In this document: piece by piece, positions 18,799-27,720 of the stretch
How the letters are laid out: the number at the start of each line of letters is the position of its first letter
How positions within the stretch are numbered: the first letter of the stretch is position 1
Assembly: GCA_028286645.1 (NCBI GenBank)
Contig: JAQBRF010000004.1
Location: 91,501-155,500, forward strand
Direction of reading: 5' to 3'
DNA from: Candidatus Nomurabacteria bacterium
GTDB lineage: Bacteria > Patescibacteriota > Minisyncoccia > Phycocordibacterales > UBA5272
DNA length: 64,000 nt
Made by a program: the position numbers and the translations under genes
Notes under the pieces: generated by a model
What the model was told of the DNA's origin: nothing
What the model saw: only the letters and a program-made list of their open reading frames with translations
Database searches by the model: none

Positions 18799-19221
18799 CT
18801 AGTGGCCGGGGTTGAAAAGATGAGCCTTGTCTGGGCGTATGTCACAGAACTCTATTGCTTTTTTTCTGTCCCATTGTTTTCGTAAAAGTGTGGTAATTAG
18901 CCAGGTTACCATCGTTACCACACTGATCCATAGCAAGATGTGGGCAAGGAACTCGGCACTAAACACTTCTGCAGAGACGATTCCCATAGTAAAGCAGAAG
19001 GTAAATGTCCTGCGACATATACGTGCGTGATTGCACAACCACCAATTCTTTGGCGTAAAGAAGTTGTGGTACATCTCAATCATTCGCGTGCGCTCTTCAT
19101 CGTTAGTTTCGTGTTTTTCACGAAGTGGAAATGGCCTCCCGCAAGTTGGGCATATGGACGGGTCTTTAATTATCTGATCCAGCCACATAAAGAATTTAAG
19201 TCCAATCCCGATACGATTCAT
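18799..19221 (-). CDS. hypothetical membrane protein with an N-terminal Cys-rich (zinc-ribbon-like) segment
   Basis: CPTCGRPF...C..C cysteine cluster followed by two hydrophobic helices. AGGGAGA 6 nt upstream on minus; moderately GC-rich. Confidence 0.45.
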   Translation of the reverse strand: MNRIGIGLKFFMWLDQIIKDPSICPTCGRPFPLREKHETNDEERTRMIEMYHNFFTPKNWWLCNHARICRRTFTFCFTMGIVSAEVFSAEFLAHILLWISVVTMVTWLITTLLRKQWDRKKAIEFCDIRPDKAHLFNPGH

Positions 19222-19410
19222 TTAATCTCTCCCTTTGTGCATTAGGCTTCCGCCTTATAGGTAATTATCCTGCATTTTTTATTAATATTTGTCAATTTAT
19301 GTTAGAATCTTTTTACTATGTCACTTTCTATCGGCATGGAGTGAACACAACCCAACATGCTGGCATAGGGAGAGTGGTACCGTTTCAATTTAAAATAGCC
19401 CTGAGTAAGA

Positions 19411-19438
19411 CAAAATAAAAACCCCACCGAAGCGGGGC
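19411..19438 (-). terminator. intrinsic terminator for the 19482-20014 minus genes
   Basis: ccccacc-gaa-gcgggg hairpin; the A-run on plus gives a T-run on minus. Confidence 0.5.
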
Positions 19439-19481
19439 TCTCTGAATATGTTGGACACTACTTGATGGCGAAGGCAGAAGT

Positions 19482-19694
19482 TTATATCGCTTGCTGCTTA
19501 ACTCCTTCCTCTTGTGCTTCGGTTAATTTGAGCTCTCTTGTAATGCCATCACTTCCCTTAATCAGAAAACCTGTAGTTGCTATCAGTAGAGAAAGTCCTG
19601 GGACTGTCGCCGCCTCCGCAATAACAGTGCCACCTACCTTGTATTTATTCTGTAAGGAAGGAGAGATGTTAGTCAATTCGTATTTTTTTGCCAT
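19482..19694 (-). CDS. small hypothetical protein (70 aa)
   Basis: ATG at 19694 (MAKKYELTNISPSLQNKYKV...) preceded by AGGAGA. It overlaps the stop of the upstream gene by about 20 nt, suggesting translational coupling. Confidence 0.35.
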   Translation of the reverse strand: MAKKYELTNISPSLQNKYKVGGTVIAEAATVPGLSLLIATTGFLIKGSDGITRELKLTEAQEEGVKQQAI

Positions 19695-20014
19695 GATGTC
19701 TCCTGAAGTTCTTTGCGCTGTTGAATTGCTGCCTCCATTCCCGCAGTCTGGCTTAGAATGCCAGGATAAACATCTTCTGCCCTTCCTTGGATAATTATTG
19801 CTTTGTCCTTGGTTTCGGCGGCATACCACATTTTTCCGCCATCCAGACTTAGCAATTTGTAGTCACCAACCAGTTGCGAATAACCGACTCTCCATTGCAT
19901 TTGTTGTCTGTGCTCTGCAAGTTCTTGCTTATCAGCTTTGTATTGCTGATAATGGGGGTCAAGTGCTAGCGCCAAAGCAACAACAACTAATATTCCGATA
20001 ACTAATTTGTACAT
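19673..20014 (-). CDS. hypothetical secreted/membrane protein (113 aa)
   Basis: N-terminal hydrophobic signal-like segment MYKLVIGILVVVALALA. AGGAGA 7 nt upstream; GC-rich. Confidence 0.4.
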   Translation of the reverse strand: MYKLVIGILVVVALALALDPHYQQYKADKQELAEHRQQMQWRVGYSQLVGDYKLLSLDGGKMWYAAETKDKAIIIQGRAEDVYPGILSQTAGMEAAIQQRKELQETSWQKNTN

Positions 20015-20085
20015 TTGCGTATCTCCTAAAAGGATTCATAATTACACTACAATAAAGTTTCCTTAGCGTCAACTTATTCTGGAAC

Positions 20086-20094
20086 TGGTATACT
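20086..20094 (+). promoter_or_regulatory. extended -10 TGGTATACT (leaderless)
   Basis: The 14-mer aactggtatacttt is identical to 22317-22330. The ATG at 20101 is 6 nt after the -10 box. Confidence 0.5.
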
Positions 20095-20100
20095 TTGATG

Positions 20101-21009
20101 ATGGAAAACCTGGAACAAATAGAGCCTTTGAAATTTGAAATCTCTGTTGCAACCCCAGAAGATGCAAGGGGTATCCGAGAAGTTCAATATAAAACCTGGC
20201 TAGAGACTTATACTAATGAAAATGCTGGTATTACGACAGAAGATGTTGAAAAGCGTTTTGAGGACGCATTTACAGATGAAAAGATAAAGAAAAGAGAAGA
20301 AAGTATTCGTAATCAGCCAGAAAATGAAAATTTTTATGTGGTAAAGAATAGTGGGAAAGTTATAGGATTTTGTATGGTAATAAGAAAAGAAGATAGGAAT
20401 CAACTTCAAGCCATTTACATCTTGCCTGAATTTCAAGGAAAGGGACTTGGAAAGAATCTATGGAATAAAGCAAAGGAATTTTTAGACAAAGAAAAAGATA
20501 CTTATGTTGAAGTAGTTGATTATAATCAGGGAGCAATTAACTTTTATACCTCGTTAGGTTTTAAAAAGACAGATAGAAAGTGGAGAGAGGAGGAAGAGAT
20601 TAAAGTAAATGGAAAAGTACTTCCAGAAATTGAGATGGTTCGTAAAGCGGAGGGTCAGGAATCTAAATCTTTAGAAATGGCTAGGGAATATTTAAGTAAG
20701 AAGATAAGTATAGTCATGGACAGACCAATGGGGACTAAACACCCAAAACACGGTTTTATATATGAAGTTAATTACGGGTTCATAGAAGGAACAAAAGCCC
20801 CTGATGGAGAGGAGCTAGATACTTACTTTCTAGGTGTAAAGGAGTCGCTAAATAAAGCAGAAGGAATCTGTATAGCAATTGCTCACAGAAGAAATAATGA
20901 TGATGATAAATTAATTATTGTTCCTGAAGGAGTAACTATGACGGACGAAGAAATAATAGCTGCAATTAAATTTCAAGAACAATATTTTGATACAGAAATT
21001 GTTAGATAA
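20101..21009 (+). CDS. GNAT N-acetyltransferase fused to a C-terminal inorganic-pyrophosphatase-like segment
   Basis: GNAT acetyl-CoA motif (FQGKGLGKNLW). The C-terminal NYGFIEGTKAPDGEELDTYFLGV resembles the family-I PPase NYGFIP..DGDPLDVLV core. Confidence 0.65.
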   Translation: MENLEQIEPLKFEISVATPEDARGIREVQYKTWLETYTNENAGITTEDVEKRFEDAFTDEKIKKREESIRNQPENENFYVVKNSGKVIGFCMVIRKEDRNQLQAIYILPEFQGKGLGKNLWNKAKEFLDKEKDTYVEVVDYNQGAINFYTSLGFKKTDRKWREEEEIKVNGKVLPEIEMVRKAEGQESKSLEMAREYLSKKISIVMDRPMGTKHPKHGFIYEVNYGFIEGTKAPDGEELDTYFLGVKESLNKAEGICIAIAHRRNNDDDKLIIVPEGVTMTDEEIIAAIKFQEQYFDTEIVR

Positions 21010-21012
21010 GTT

Positions 21013-22314
21013 ATGGAAAATATACCCCAATTTGGAACTAAAACAGAAAGTGCAGAATACATAGACCGTCCTGGTGTTTATGCAATTGTTACGAACCAAG
21101 AAGGAGATATTGCTGTTGTAGAAGTAAATGAGAGATATTTCCTCCTTGGAGGAGGATTGGATGCTGGAGAGACAGCAGAACAGGGCTTAAAAAGAGAAAT
21201 TATGGAAGAAACAGGTAAAGGTATCCAGTCAGCAACTTTTCTTGGAAAAGCGAATCAATATGTAGATGCGAAAGATGGGTATTTTAATAAGTTTGCAACC
21301 TTCTATAAAGTAGATTTAGGAGAAGATGTCAGCGCTAGTTCAGAATTAGACCACAAATTTAAATGGATAACAAAAGAGGAGTTTAAATCTAAAGGGGCAC
21401 AGGAGTTTCAGATATGGGCAGTAGAGAACTTAATAACAGAAAAAGAAAAGGCTACTATTCAAAAAAACTTTCCCGAATTAAATATAAACTCTATTCGCCT
21501 CGCAGGCGAAGGGATGAACAGCAAAGCTTTTATCGTAAATGATAATTTAATCTTTCGCTTCTCTAAAGTTGAGGAGGCTTCCGAGCAACTAAAGATGGAA
21601 ATAGAGATTTTACCTAAACTTAGAAATAGTATTACTCTTTCTATTCCAGACTTTGAATATATAGGAAAACAAGCGAATGGGCTTCCATTTGTTGGGTATA
21701 AAAAAATTCAGGGTGTGGGTTTAGATAAGGAGATTCTAGAAAATCTAAATTATGAGCTAAGAAGTAAATTATTAAACGAGATTTCAGATTTTATACAACA
21801 AGTACATGAATTTCCTCTTGAGATGGCAAAACTATCTGGAATAAAGGTGCGGGGATTTAGAGAAGATTACAGTAGTGATTTAAAAGACCTAAGAAAACAC
21901 GCTTTTCACTTATTGGATGAGAACACAAAGGAATACATAGAAAGAATCTACGGAGAGTATCTTTCCAATGGAAGTAATTTTACATATACTCCTGTTTTCC
22001 TCCATGCAGATTTTAGTCCTGAACATATCATCTATGATGAACAAAAACAAACTATTTCTGGAGTAATAGACTTTGGAGATATTGAAATTGGTGACCCAGA
22101 TTATGACTTGATGTATTTATACGAAAGATGGGGTGAGGCTTTAATTAAGGAGTTGCTTAAATACTATCCTCATAAAGATGAAGCTCATCTACTTAGAAAG
22201 TTAGAATTCTTCAGCCGCGCCAATACGACACAAGATGTTTTGATTGGAATCTTTAGAAAAGATAATGGAATATTGGACTGGGCATTAGAAAAATTAAAGA
22301 AAGAAGTAGTTTAG
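21013..22314 (+). CDS. Nudix hydrolase fused to an aminoglycoside/choline-kinase-like phosphotransferase (APH) domain
   Basis: Nudix box GGGLDAGETAEQGLKREIMEETG in the N-terminal domain. The C-terminal domain carries LHADFSPEHIIYD (HxD..N-type catalytic loop) and IDFGD (DFG) motifs. Confidence 0.7.
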   Translation: MENIPQFGTKTESAEYIDRPGVYAIVTNQEGDIAVVEVNERYFLLGGGLDAGETAEQGLKREIMEETGKGIQSATFLGKANQYVDAKDGYFNKFATFYKVDLGEDVSASSELDHKFKWITKEEFKSKGAQEFQIWAVENLITEKEKATIQKNFPELNINSIRLAGEGMNSKAFIVNDNLIFRFSKVEEASEQLKMEIEILPKLRNSITLSIPDFEYIGKQANGLPFVGYKKIQGVGLDKEILENLNYELRSKLLNEISDFIQQVHEFPLEMAKLSGIKVRGFREDYSSDLKDLRKHAFHLLDENTKEYIERIYGEYLSNGSNFTYTPVFLHADFSPEHIIYDEQKQTISGVIDFGDIEIGDPDYDLMYLYERWGEALIKELLKYYPHKDEAHLLRKLEFFSRANTTQDVLIGIFRKDNGILDWALEKLKKEVV

Positions 22315-22320
22315 TTAAAC

Positions 22321-22329
22321 TGGTATACT
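22321..22329 (+). promoter_or_regulatory. extended -10 TGGTATACT (leaderless)
   Basis: The ATG at 22336 is 6 nt after the -10 box; same 14-mer as at 20076. Confidence 0.5.
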
Positions 22330-22335
22330 TTTTAT

Positions 22336-22791
22336 ATGAACGAGGAACAGTATATGCAACTAGCCATAGACGAAGCCACAAAAGCTGCCTGGCCTTTTGG
22401 AGCTGTGATAGTTAAAGATGGTGAGATTATTGCTCAAGCAGGGTCAGGGGATGGACAAGATGAGACTCATGACCCCACCGCTCATGCAGAGGTTAATGCA
22501 ATTAGAAGAGCCTCTCTAAAACTTAAAGGAGATTTAAAGGGCGCCACTCTATACGCTTCATGTGAACCTTGCGCCCTATGCTTTGGGGCTTCCTGGTATG
22601 CAGGAATAAGGAATATAGTGTATGGTTCTTCAATTAAAGATTTGCAAGAAATAGATTATCTAAAAGACGGAGACTTAGTATTCCCCCATGAACATGTTTC
22701 AGAGTCTGATGTAGAGGTAAAGACTGGAGTTCTTAGGGATAAGGTGATGGATATGTATAAAAGTCATTCTAAAGCTAAACAGTGGTTATGA
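22336..22791 (+). CDS. cytidine/deoxycytidylate-family zinc deaminase (TadA/guanine deaminase-like)
   Basis: HAEVNAIRRA and CEPCALC zinc-binding motifs of the CDA fold; 151 aa. Confidence 0.8.
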   Translation: MNEEQYMQLAIDEATKAAWPFGAVIVKDGEIIAQAGSGDGQDETHDPTAHAEVNAIRRASLKLKGDLKGATLYASCEPCALCFGASWYAGIRNIVYGSSIKDLQEIDYLKDGDLVFPHEHVSESDVEVKTGVLRDKVMDMYKSHSKAKQWL

Positions 22792-23327
22792 AGAATGCCA
22801 TAATCCTTCACGGAACAGGAACATTAAATACAGAGTTTTGGTTTCCATACATTAAAGAAAAACTAGAAGAGAAAGGATATGAAGTTTGGCTTCCTCAACT
22901 TCCAAACGAAGATATTCCTAACTTAGAAGAGTGGCTTCCTTTTGTATTAAATGATGGAAAATTTAATGAAGAAACTATTTTAATTGGGCATTCTGCTGGC
23001 TCTCAACTTATATTAAGTATCCTTGAAAAGCTGAATATAAAAATCCATAAGGCTATCCTTGTTTCTGGGTATGCACAGTCTTTAAGAGAAAGCGCATCTT
23101 CGGAGAATAAACCAGAGCTTAATTGGAATAAAATCAAGGAGCACGCAGAAGAGTTTATATTTATCAATTCAGATAATGACCCTTGGGGATGCGATGACAC
23201 TCAAGGTAAGATAATGCAAGAAAAGCTCGGAGGTGAGTTAATCCTACCCAAAGGAGAAGGACATATGGGCTCCACTACCTACAACCAGCCTTATAAGGAA
23301 TTTCCTTTACTAGCAGAGCTGTTATAA
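22782..23327 (+). CDS. alpha/beta hydrolase, YdeN/RBBP9-like serine hydrolase
   Basis: About 180 aa with a GHSAG nucleophile elbow (LIGHSAGSQ). Confidence 0.55.
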   Translation: MVMKNAIILHGTGTLNTEFWFPYIKEKLEEKGYEVWLPQLPNEDIPNLEEWLPFVLNDGKFNEETILIGHSAGSQLILSILEKLNIKIHKAILVSGYAQSLRESASSENKPELNWNKIKEHAEEFIFINSDNDPWGCDDTQGKIMQEKLGGELILPKGEGHMGSTTYNQPYKEFPLLAELL

Positions 23328-23334
23328 TCTAGTA

Positions 23335-23910
23335 ATGAACCATCAAGAACAAATGAATACCCCACAAAACATATTAGAAACAAACATAAGGCGTATTATT
23401 GAGAATTTTCAAACAGGAGAGAAGTATGAAATGCAGGGTGGCAAAGATATGGTATTTACAGATGAGGATATAAAAAAGATTGCCGAGATTTGTTCCCAAG
23501 AAAATAAATACAATCTCCTCTTTAAGGATATGCTTCAGGGGAAACCTTACACAGAAGAAGATGCTAGAAAGTTTGTTAACTGGGTAAAAGAAGGATGGGA
23601 TAAGCAATCTCACTATGTTTTCTTTCTACGAAAACCAGACGGAGATATAGTCGGCTGTATAGATATAAAGGGCAAAGAAGGAGAAGTAGGATATTGGGCA
23701 GATGAGAACTATTCTGGTTTTATGACTAATGCAGCAAAAGAACTTTCTTCTATAGCTAGAGAGGGAGGGTTTGAAAAATTGTTTGCTTGGGTAAGAGCCA
23801 TAAATGATAAATCTATTGGTGTGTTGGAGAGAGCAGGATACGAAAAAGTTCTTGAAGAAGAAAAAGAAGGTAAGGGGTTAAGTTTTCAGTACGAGAAACA
23901 GCTTAAATGA
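23335..23910 (+). CDS. GNAT family N-acetyltransferase
   Basis: The C-terminal half shows the GNAT fold pattern (VGCIDIK...GYWADENYSGFMTNAAKEL). Confidence 0.55.
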   Translation: MNHQEQMNTPQNILETNIRRIIENFQTGEKYEMQGGKDMVFTDEDIKKIAEICSQENKYNLLFKDMLQGKPYTEEDARKFVNWVKEGWDKQSHYVFFLRKPDGDIVGCIDIKGKEGEVGYWADENYSGFMTNAAKELSSIAREGGFEKLFAWVRAINDKSIGVLERAGYEKVLEEEKEGKGLSFQYEKQLK

Positions 23911-24554
23911 AAAGAATTAAGGAAGAATTTTTAGATAAGTTAGAGAAAGTAGTAAAGCTGAAGAATAAGAGGGTTCTGGAAATTGGCTGTGGAGTGGGAA
24001 CTAGGTCAATACAAATAGCTAAAAGAAGCAAACACCTAACGGCGATTGAGCCAAGCACAAAACTAATCCAAGAGGCTAAAAAGACTAATAGCTTAGAGAA
24101 TATAGATTATCAGGTTGGAAAAGCAGAGAAATTAAAATTTAGTAAAGGAATGTTTGATGCAGTCATTTTTACTTTATCACTTCATCATGTACCTCCTGTA
24201 AAAATTAATAATGCGATAAAAGAAGCAAATAGAGTGGTTAAGAAAGGCGGTTATATTGTGTTTCTTGAACCAACTCATGATGGAAACTTCTTTGAGTCTG
24301 AAGTAAAGTTTGATGCGTGCGACGGGGACGAAAGGAAAGATAAGGCTTTTGCGTACTACTCAATCTTAAGTTATAAGGGCTATAAAGAAGTAGCCGAAAT
24401 TCCTGATGAAACAGTATTTCAATTTGATTCTTATGAAGATTTTATAAAATCTATGAATCCAAAGAAGAATAAAAAAGAGATTAAAAACTTCCTAGAAGCT
24501 AATAACTATATTCTTACAGCCTCTAGGAGAATCAATATATTCAAAGTGGTATAA
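23907..24554 (+). CDS. class I SAM-dependent methyltransferase
   Basis: Motif I VLEIGCGVGTRS; overlaps the previous gene by 4 nt. Confidence 0.7.
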   Translation: MKRIKEEFLDKLEKVVKLKNKRVLEIGCGVGTRSIQIAKRSKHLTAIEPSTKLIQEAKKTNSLENIDYQVGKAEKLKFSKGMFDAVIFTLSLHHVPPVKINNAIKEANRVVKKGGYIVFLEPTHDGNFFESEVKFDACDGDERKDKAFAYYSILSYKGYKEVAEIPDETVFQFDSYEDFIKSMNPKKNKKEIKNFLEANNYILTASRRINIFKVV

Positions 24555-24561
24555 TCTGGAA

Positions 24562-25296
24562 ATGAAAGGTAAAATTGCTTTAATAACAGGCGTGGGAAGA
24601 AGAAATGGCATTGGTGCCGCTTTATGTGTAGAGGTTGCAAAAGCGGGAGTTAATATTTTCTTTACTTATTTATCTAGATATGACCACGAAAAGTATCCAG
24701 AGATACAGAAGATGGATGTTAATACCTTTACTGATGAATTAGAGCAATTAGGAGTAAAGGTTAAGAGTCTTGAACTTGATTTGTCCAAACCAGATTCAGT
24801 AAAGATTTTATTTGATAAAGTAAAAACTGAATTAGGTGCACCAGATATTCTAATAAATAATGCAGCAGTTTCCGCCAGTGTCCCATTTCTAGGTGTTACA
24901 GCAGAATTGTTAGATGAGCATTACGCGGTAAATGTTAGAACTACTACATTGCTCTGTAAAGAATTTGTCTTACAAGGTAAGGAAGGTAAAATTATAAACC
25001 TTACTTCTGGACAAGCTTTGGGGGTTATGAAAGATGAAATTCCATACACAATAACCAAAGCAAGTATTGAAATGCTTACCCAACAACTTGCTCTTGAATT
25101 TAAGGAACATCATATTACTATTAATGCGTTTGACCCAGGGCCAACTGACACAGGGTGGATGGATGACGAAGTTAAAGAAATGGTCAAAAAACATTCAAGT
25201 ACTGGAAGGATTAACTCTCCTGAAGACGCAGCTAAGCAGATTGCGGCACTTTTGTCTCAAGATATTACAGGACAAATAATTAATGCAGAAAGATAG
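24562..25296 (+). CDS. short-chain dehydrogenase/reductase (SDR)
   Basis: ALITGVGRRNGIGAA Rossmann motif, NNAA, and YTITKASIE (YxxxK catalytic). Confidence 0.8.
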   Translation: MKGKIALITGVGRRNGIGAALCVEVAKAGVNIFFTYLSRYDHEKYPEIQKMDVNTFTDELEQLGVKVKSLELDLSKPDSVKILFDKVKTELGAPDILINNAAVSASVPFLGVTAELLDEHYAVNVRTTTLLCKEFVLQGKEGKIINLTSGQALGVMKDEIPYTITKASIEMLTQQLALEFKEHHITINAFDPGPTDTGWMDDEVKEMVKKHSSTGRINSPEDAAKQIAALLSQDITGQIINAER

Positions 25297-25302
25297 ATAC
25301 CT

Positions 25303-25839
25303 ATGGAAGAAATTAAATACAAAGGAAATATAATTGAAGTAGTTCAGAAGGAGGTTGAACAGAAAGGTAAGAAGAAGACCTTTGAATATGCTAGACGCTC
25401 ACCAGGAACAAGATTGATTATTCCAAAAGGAAATACTGTCTTGCTTACTAAGGAATTTCGTCATGAGATAAAGGGGTATGATTATAGACTTCCAGGTGGT
25501 AAGGTTTACGATACTTTAGAGGAATATAACAATGCGCTGGCGTCGGGGATAGACATAGTACAAAAAGCTAAAGAAGGCGCTATAAAAGAAGCCAAAGAAG
25601 AAGCGGGAATAGATGTTAAGAACTTATCTTTATTTCATAAGTCTGTGTGCGGAGCGACAATAATATGGGATTTATTTTATTTTGAAATAAATGAATTTAA
25701 TGAGACCTCACAAAAATTGGAAGAGGGCGAAGATATTACATCTGAGTTTGTTGATAAAGAAAAAGTTAAGCATATGTGTCTAGATGGTTCTATAAGCGAG
25801 GAAAGAAGCGCACTAGTGCTACTTCGCTATTTAAATTAG
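25303..25839 (+). CDS. Nudix hydrolase
   Basis: Nudix box LPGGKV...AIKEAKEEAGI. Confidence 0.7.
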   Translation: MEEIKYKGNIIEVVQKEVEQKGKKKTFEYARRSPGTRLIIPKGNTVLLTKEFRHEIKGYDYRLPGGKVYDTLEEYNNALASGIDIVQKAKEGAIKEAKEEAGIDVKNLSLFHKSVCGATIIWDLFYFEINEFNETSQKLEEGEDITSEFVDKEKVKHMCLDGSISEERSALVLLRYLN

Positions 25840-25840
25840 T

Positions 25841-26374
25841 ATGTCAGTCCAAATAATCTTTGAAGCACACGGAACCACATTTGATAACGAAGCTCATCTG
25901 TCTTCAGGTTGGAATGATGTTGAACTATCACCACTAGGAATAGAGCAGTCTAAAGAAATGGGAGAAAGGTACAAAGATGAACATTTTGATGCAATCTTTT
26001 GTTCAGATTTGCAAAGAGCCTGGAGAAGTGCCGAAATAGCCTTTGGGGATAAATTTAAGATTGTAAAAGATAATAGATTAAGAGAATGTAACTATGGAGA
26101 CCTTACACAAAGTCCCTCTGAAATAGTAGACAAAGAAAAACCCCACAGAATAAGCAGTCCTTTTCCTAATGGAGAAAGTTATAAGCAGACTACTGAAAGA
26201 ATGAAAAGTTTTTTGGAAGATTTAAAGAAAGATTACGATGGTAAGAAGGTGCTTATAATCGGCCATAGAGCCACACAATACGGTTTAGACCACTTAATTG
26301 ATGGTGTTCCACTAGACCAACTAGTTTCTGCAAAATTTAAGTGGCAACCAGGGTGGGAATATAATTTAAGTTAA
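25841..26374 (+). CDS. histidine phosphatase superfamily (phosphoglycerate-mutase-like) protein
   Basis: IIFEAHGTT in place of the RHG motif, and a distal IIGHRATQ His motif. Confidence 0.6.
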   Translation: MSVQIIFEAHGTTFDNEAHLSSGWNDVELSPLGIEQSKEMGERYKDEHFDAIFCSDLQRAWRSAEIAFGDKFKIVKDNRLRECNYGDLTQSPSEIVDKEKPHRISSPFPNGESYKQTTERMKSFLEDLKKDYDGKKVLIIGHRATQYGLDHLIDGVPLDQLVSAKFKWQPGWEYNLS

Positions 26375-26375
26375 T

Positions 26376-26798
26376 ATGGAGGACTCTTCTGATATAAAAT
26401 CTGCAGCTATTATTCTTATTAAGGGTGACAAGGCTTTGCTTCAATTAAGAGACAATAAACCAACCACTCCATATTCCCACCATTGGGGTTTTGCAGGTGG
26501 AGGACACCTAAACGAAGGTGAGACATTTCTAGAGGCAGCTCAAAGAGAGCTGAAAGAAGAAACTGGGTATACCTCAAAGAGTCCAATACATTTTATGACA
26601 GCTGAATATACTCTGCCTGACGGAAGAACAGTTAAATCTGAAAGATATTATGAAATCTACGACGAAGTTCAGGAAGTAAAATGTTTGGAAGGGGAGAAAA
26701 TAGAATTCCTATCTTTAGAAGAAATTGCAAAAGAACAAATGTATCCAGGAGTAGCTGAAGCAGTAGAAAAAGCATTAAAAGTAGCCTTAAATAATTAG
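26376..26798 (+). CDS. Nudix hydrolase
   Basis: Nudix box GGGHLNEGETFLEAAQRELKEETGY. Confidence 0.75.
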   Translation: MEDSSDIKSAAIILIKGDKALLQLRDNKPTTPYSHHWGFAGGGHLNEGETFLEAAQRELKEETGYTSKSPIHFMTAEYTLPDGRTVKSERYYEIYDEVQEVKCLEGEKIEFLSLEEIAKEQMYPGVAEAVEKALKVALNN

Positions 26799-26833
26799 TT
26801 TTCATTCATTATGATTATCTGCTTTATTAGCTA

Positions 26834-26862
26834 TTGACATTATGCATATTTTAGTGTATAAT
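26834..26862 (+). promoter_or_regulatory. perfect sigma70 consensus promoter TTGACA-17-TATAAT with a TGn extension
   Basis: ttgacattatgcatattttagtgtataat. About 97 nt of GC-rich leader follows before the ATG at 26966. Confidence 0.6.
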
Positions 26863-26965
26863 AAGATAGCTGACCTGACACAGCTTTGCTAAGGCGAGTG
26901 CCGAAGCGAGATTTGAAACTTTAAGCCCCGTCAGAGGCTGAACCTTGAAATCAAGGAGCGACAAA

Positions 26966-27604
26966 ATGTTTGACTTCTTTTCGGAACTGTCCGTAACGAC
27001 CTGGATGTGGATTCTTGCTGTTCTCGTTGCCTTCTTGCTGCGTCGCAAGATTTTCCGTCTCATCAAATGGCTTTCTGCACCTCTGAAGAAGCGGTGCGAG
27101 GCAGTGGAGGCAAATGTCGCCCAGAAGGTTAGTGAGAGTGTCTTCGGTAAGCTTAAAGAAAACATTTTCACTTTCCACTTGCCGCAGGTTCTCTCTGATA
27201 CGCTTGTAAAGCGCATCTTGGAGAAACTGCCCGAAGCGATGGAAGCGCGTGCTCTCAAAACCATTTCTAATCTGACTGCGCAGGTCAATGGCTTGCGTAA
27301 ACAGATAAACGAAGATGGCTGGGTCACGCTCGGTGTTCACGTTCGTGGGTTCAAGTTGGACAGCGAGGACAAAGACCAGTATTTCGCACTGATTCAGTTC
27401 AACACCCGTTACGGTGGTTTACGGGCAGTGCAAGATGCAGGTCGTCGTAAACTGGTTCGCAAGCAAGACCTTGTGCGAGACAGGTCACCGTTCAAGGGTT
27501 GCCCAAGTTACGCCACGCACCTCGGTGCACCGTGGTACGGGAAAGTTGACGGCGACCCGAAAAGCATCGTGATGTTAGGCGAAGCCTACACTCTGGTGGA
27601 TTAA
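26966..27604 (+). CDS. membrane-anchored hypothetical protein (212 aa), GC-rich class
   Basis: AAGGAG 7 nt upstream of the ATG; N-terminal TM helix (TWMWILAVLVAFLL); a strong terminator follows. Confidence 0.5.
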   Translation: MFDFFSELSVTTWMWILAVLVAFLLRRKIFRLIKWLSAPLKKRCEAVEANVAQKVSESVFGKLKENIFTFHLPQVLSDTLVKRILEKLPEAMEARALKTISNLTAQVNGLRKQINEDGWVTLGVHVRGFKLDSEDKDQYFALIQFNTRYGGLRAVQDAGRRKLVRKQDLVRDRSPFKGCPSYATHLGAPWYGKVDGDPKSIVMLGEAYTLVD

Positions 27605-27639
27605 AGCAACAACCACACAGACTGAAGCTTCTGTTCCAA

Positions 27640-27677
27640 ACCCCCAGCCGCTCTCGGTTGGGGTTTTTCTTTTTTTA
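27640..27677 (+). terminator. strong intrinsic terminator
   Basis: ccccagccg-ctct-cggttgggg followed by tttttctttttttaaa. Confidence 0.7.
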
Positions 27678-27720
27678 AAGTGGTCAATGATTGATAAAGG
27701 GAGTGAGTTATAATGACTAT

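Noticed and set aside
26851-27340. Minus-strand ORFs (158 aa and 129 aa) opposite 26966..27604
   Set aside because: The plus-strand gene has the consensus promoter, SD and terminator. The minus frames have none of these.
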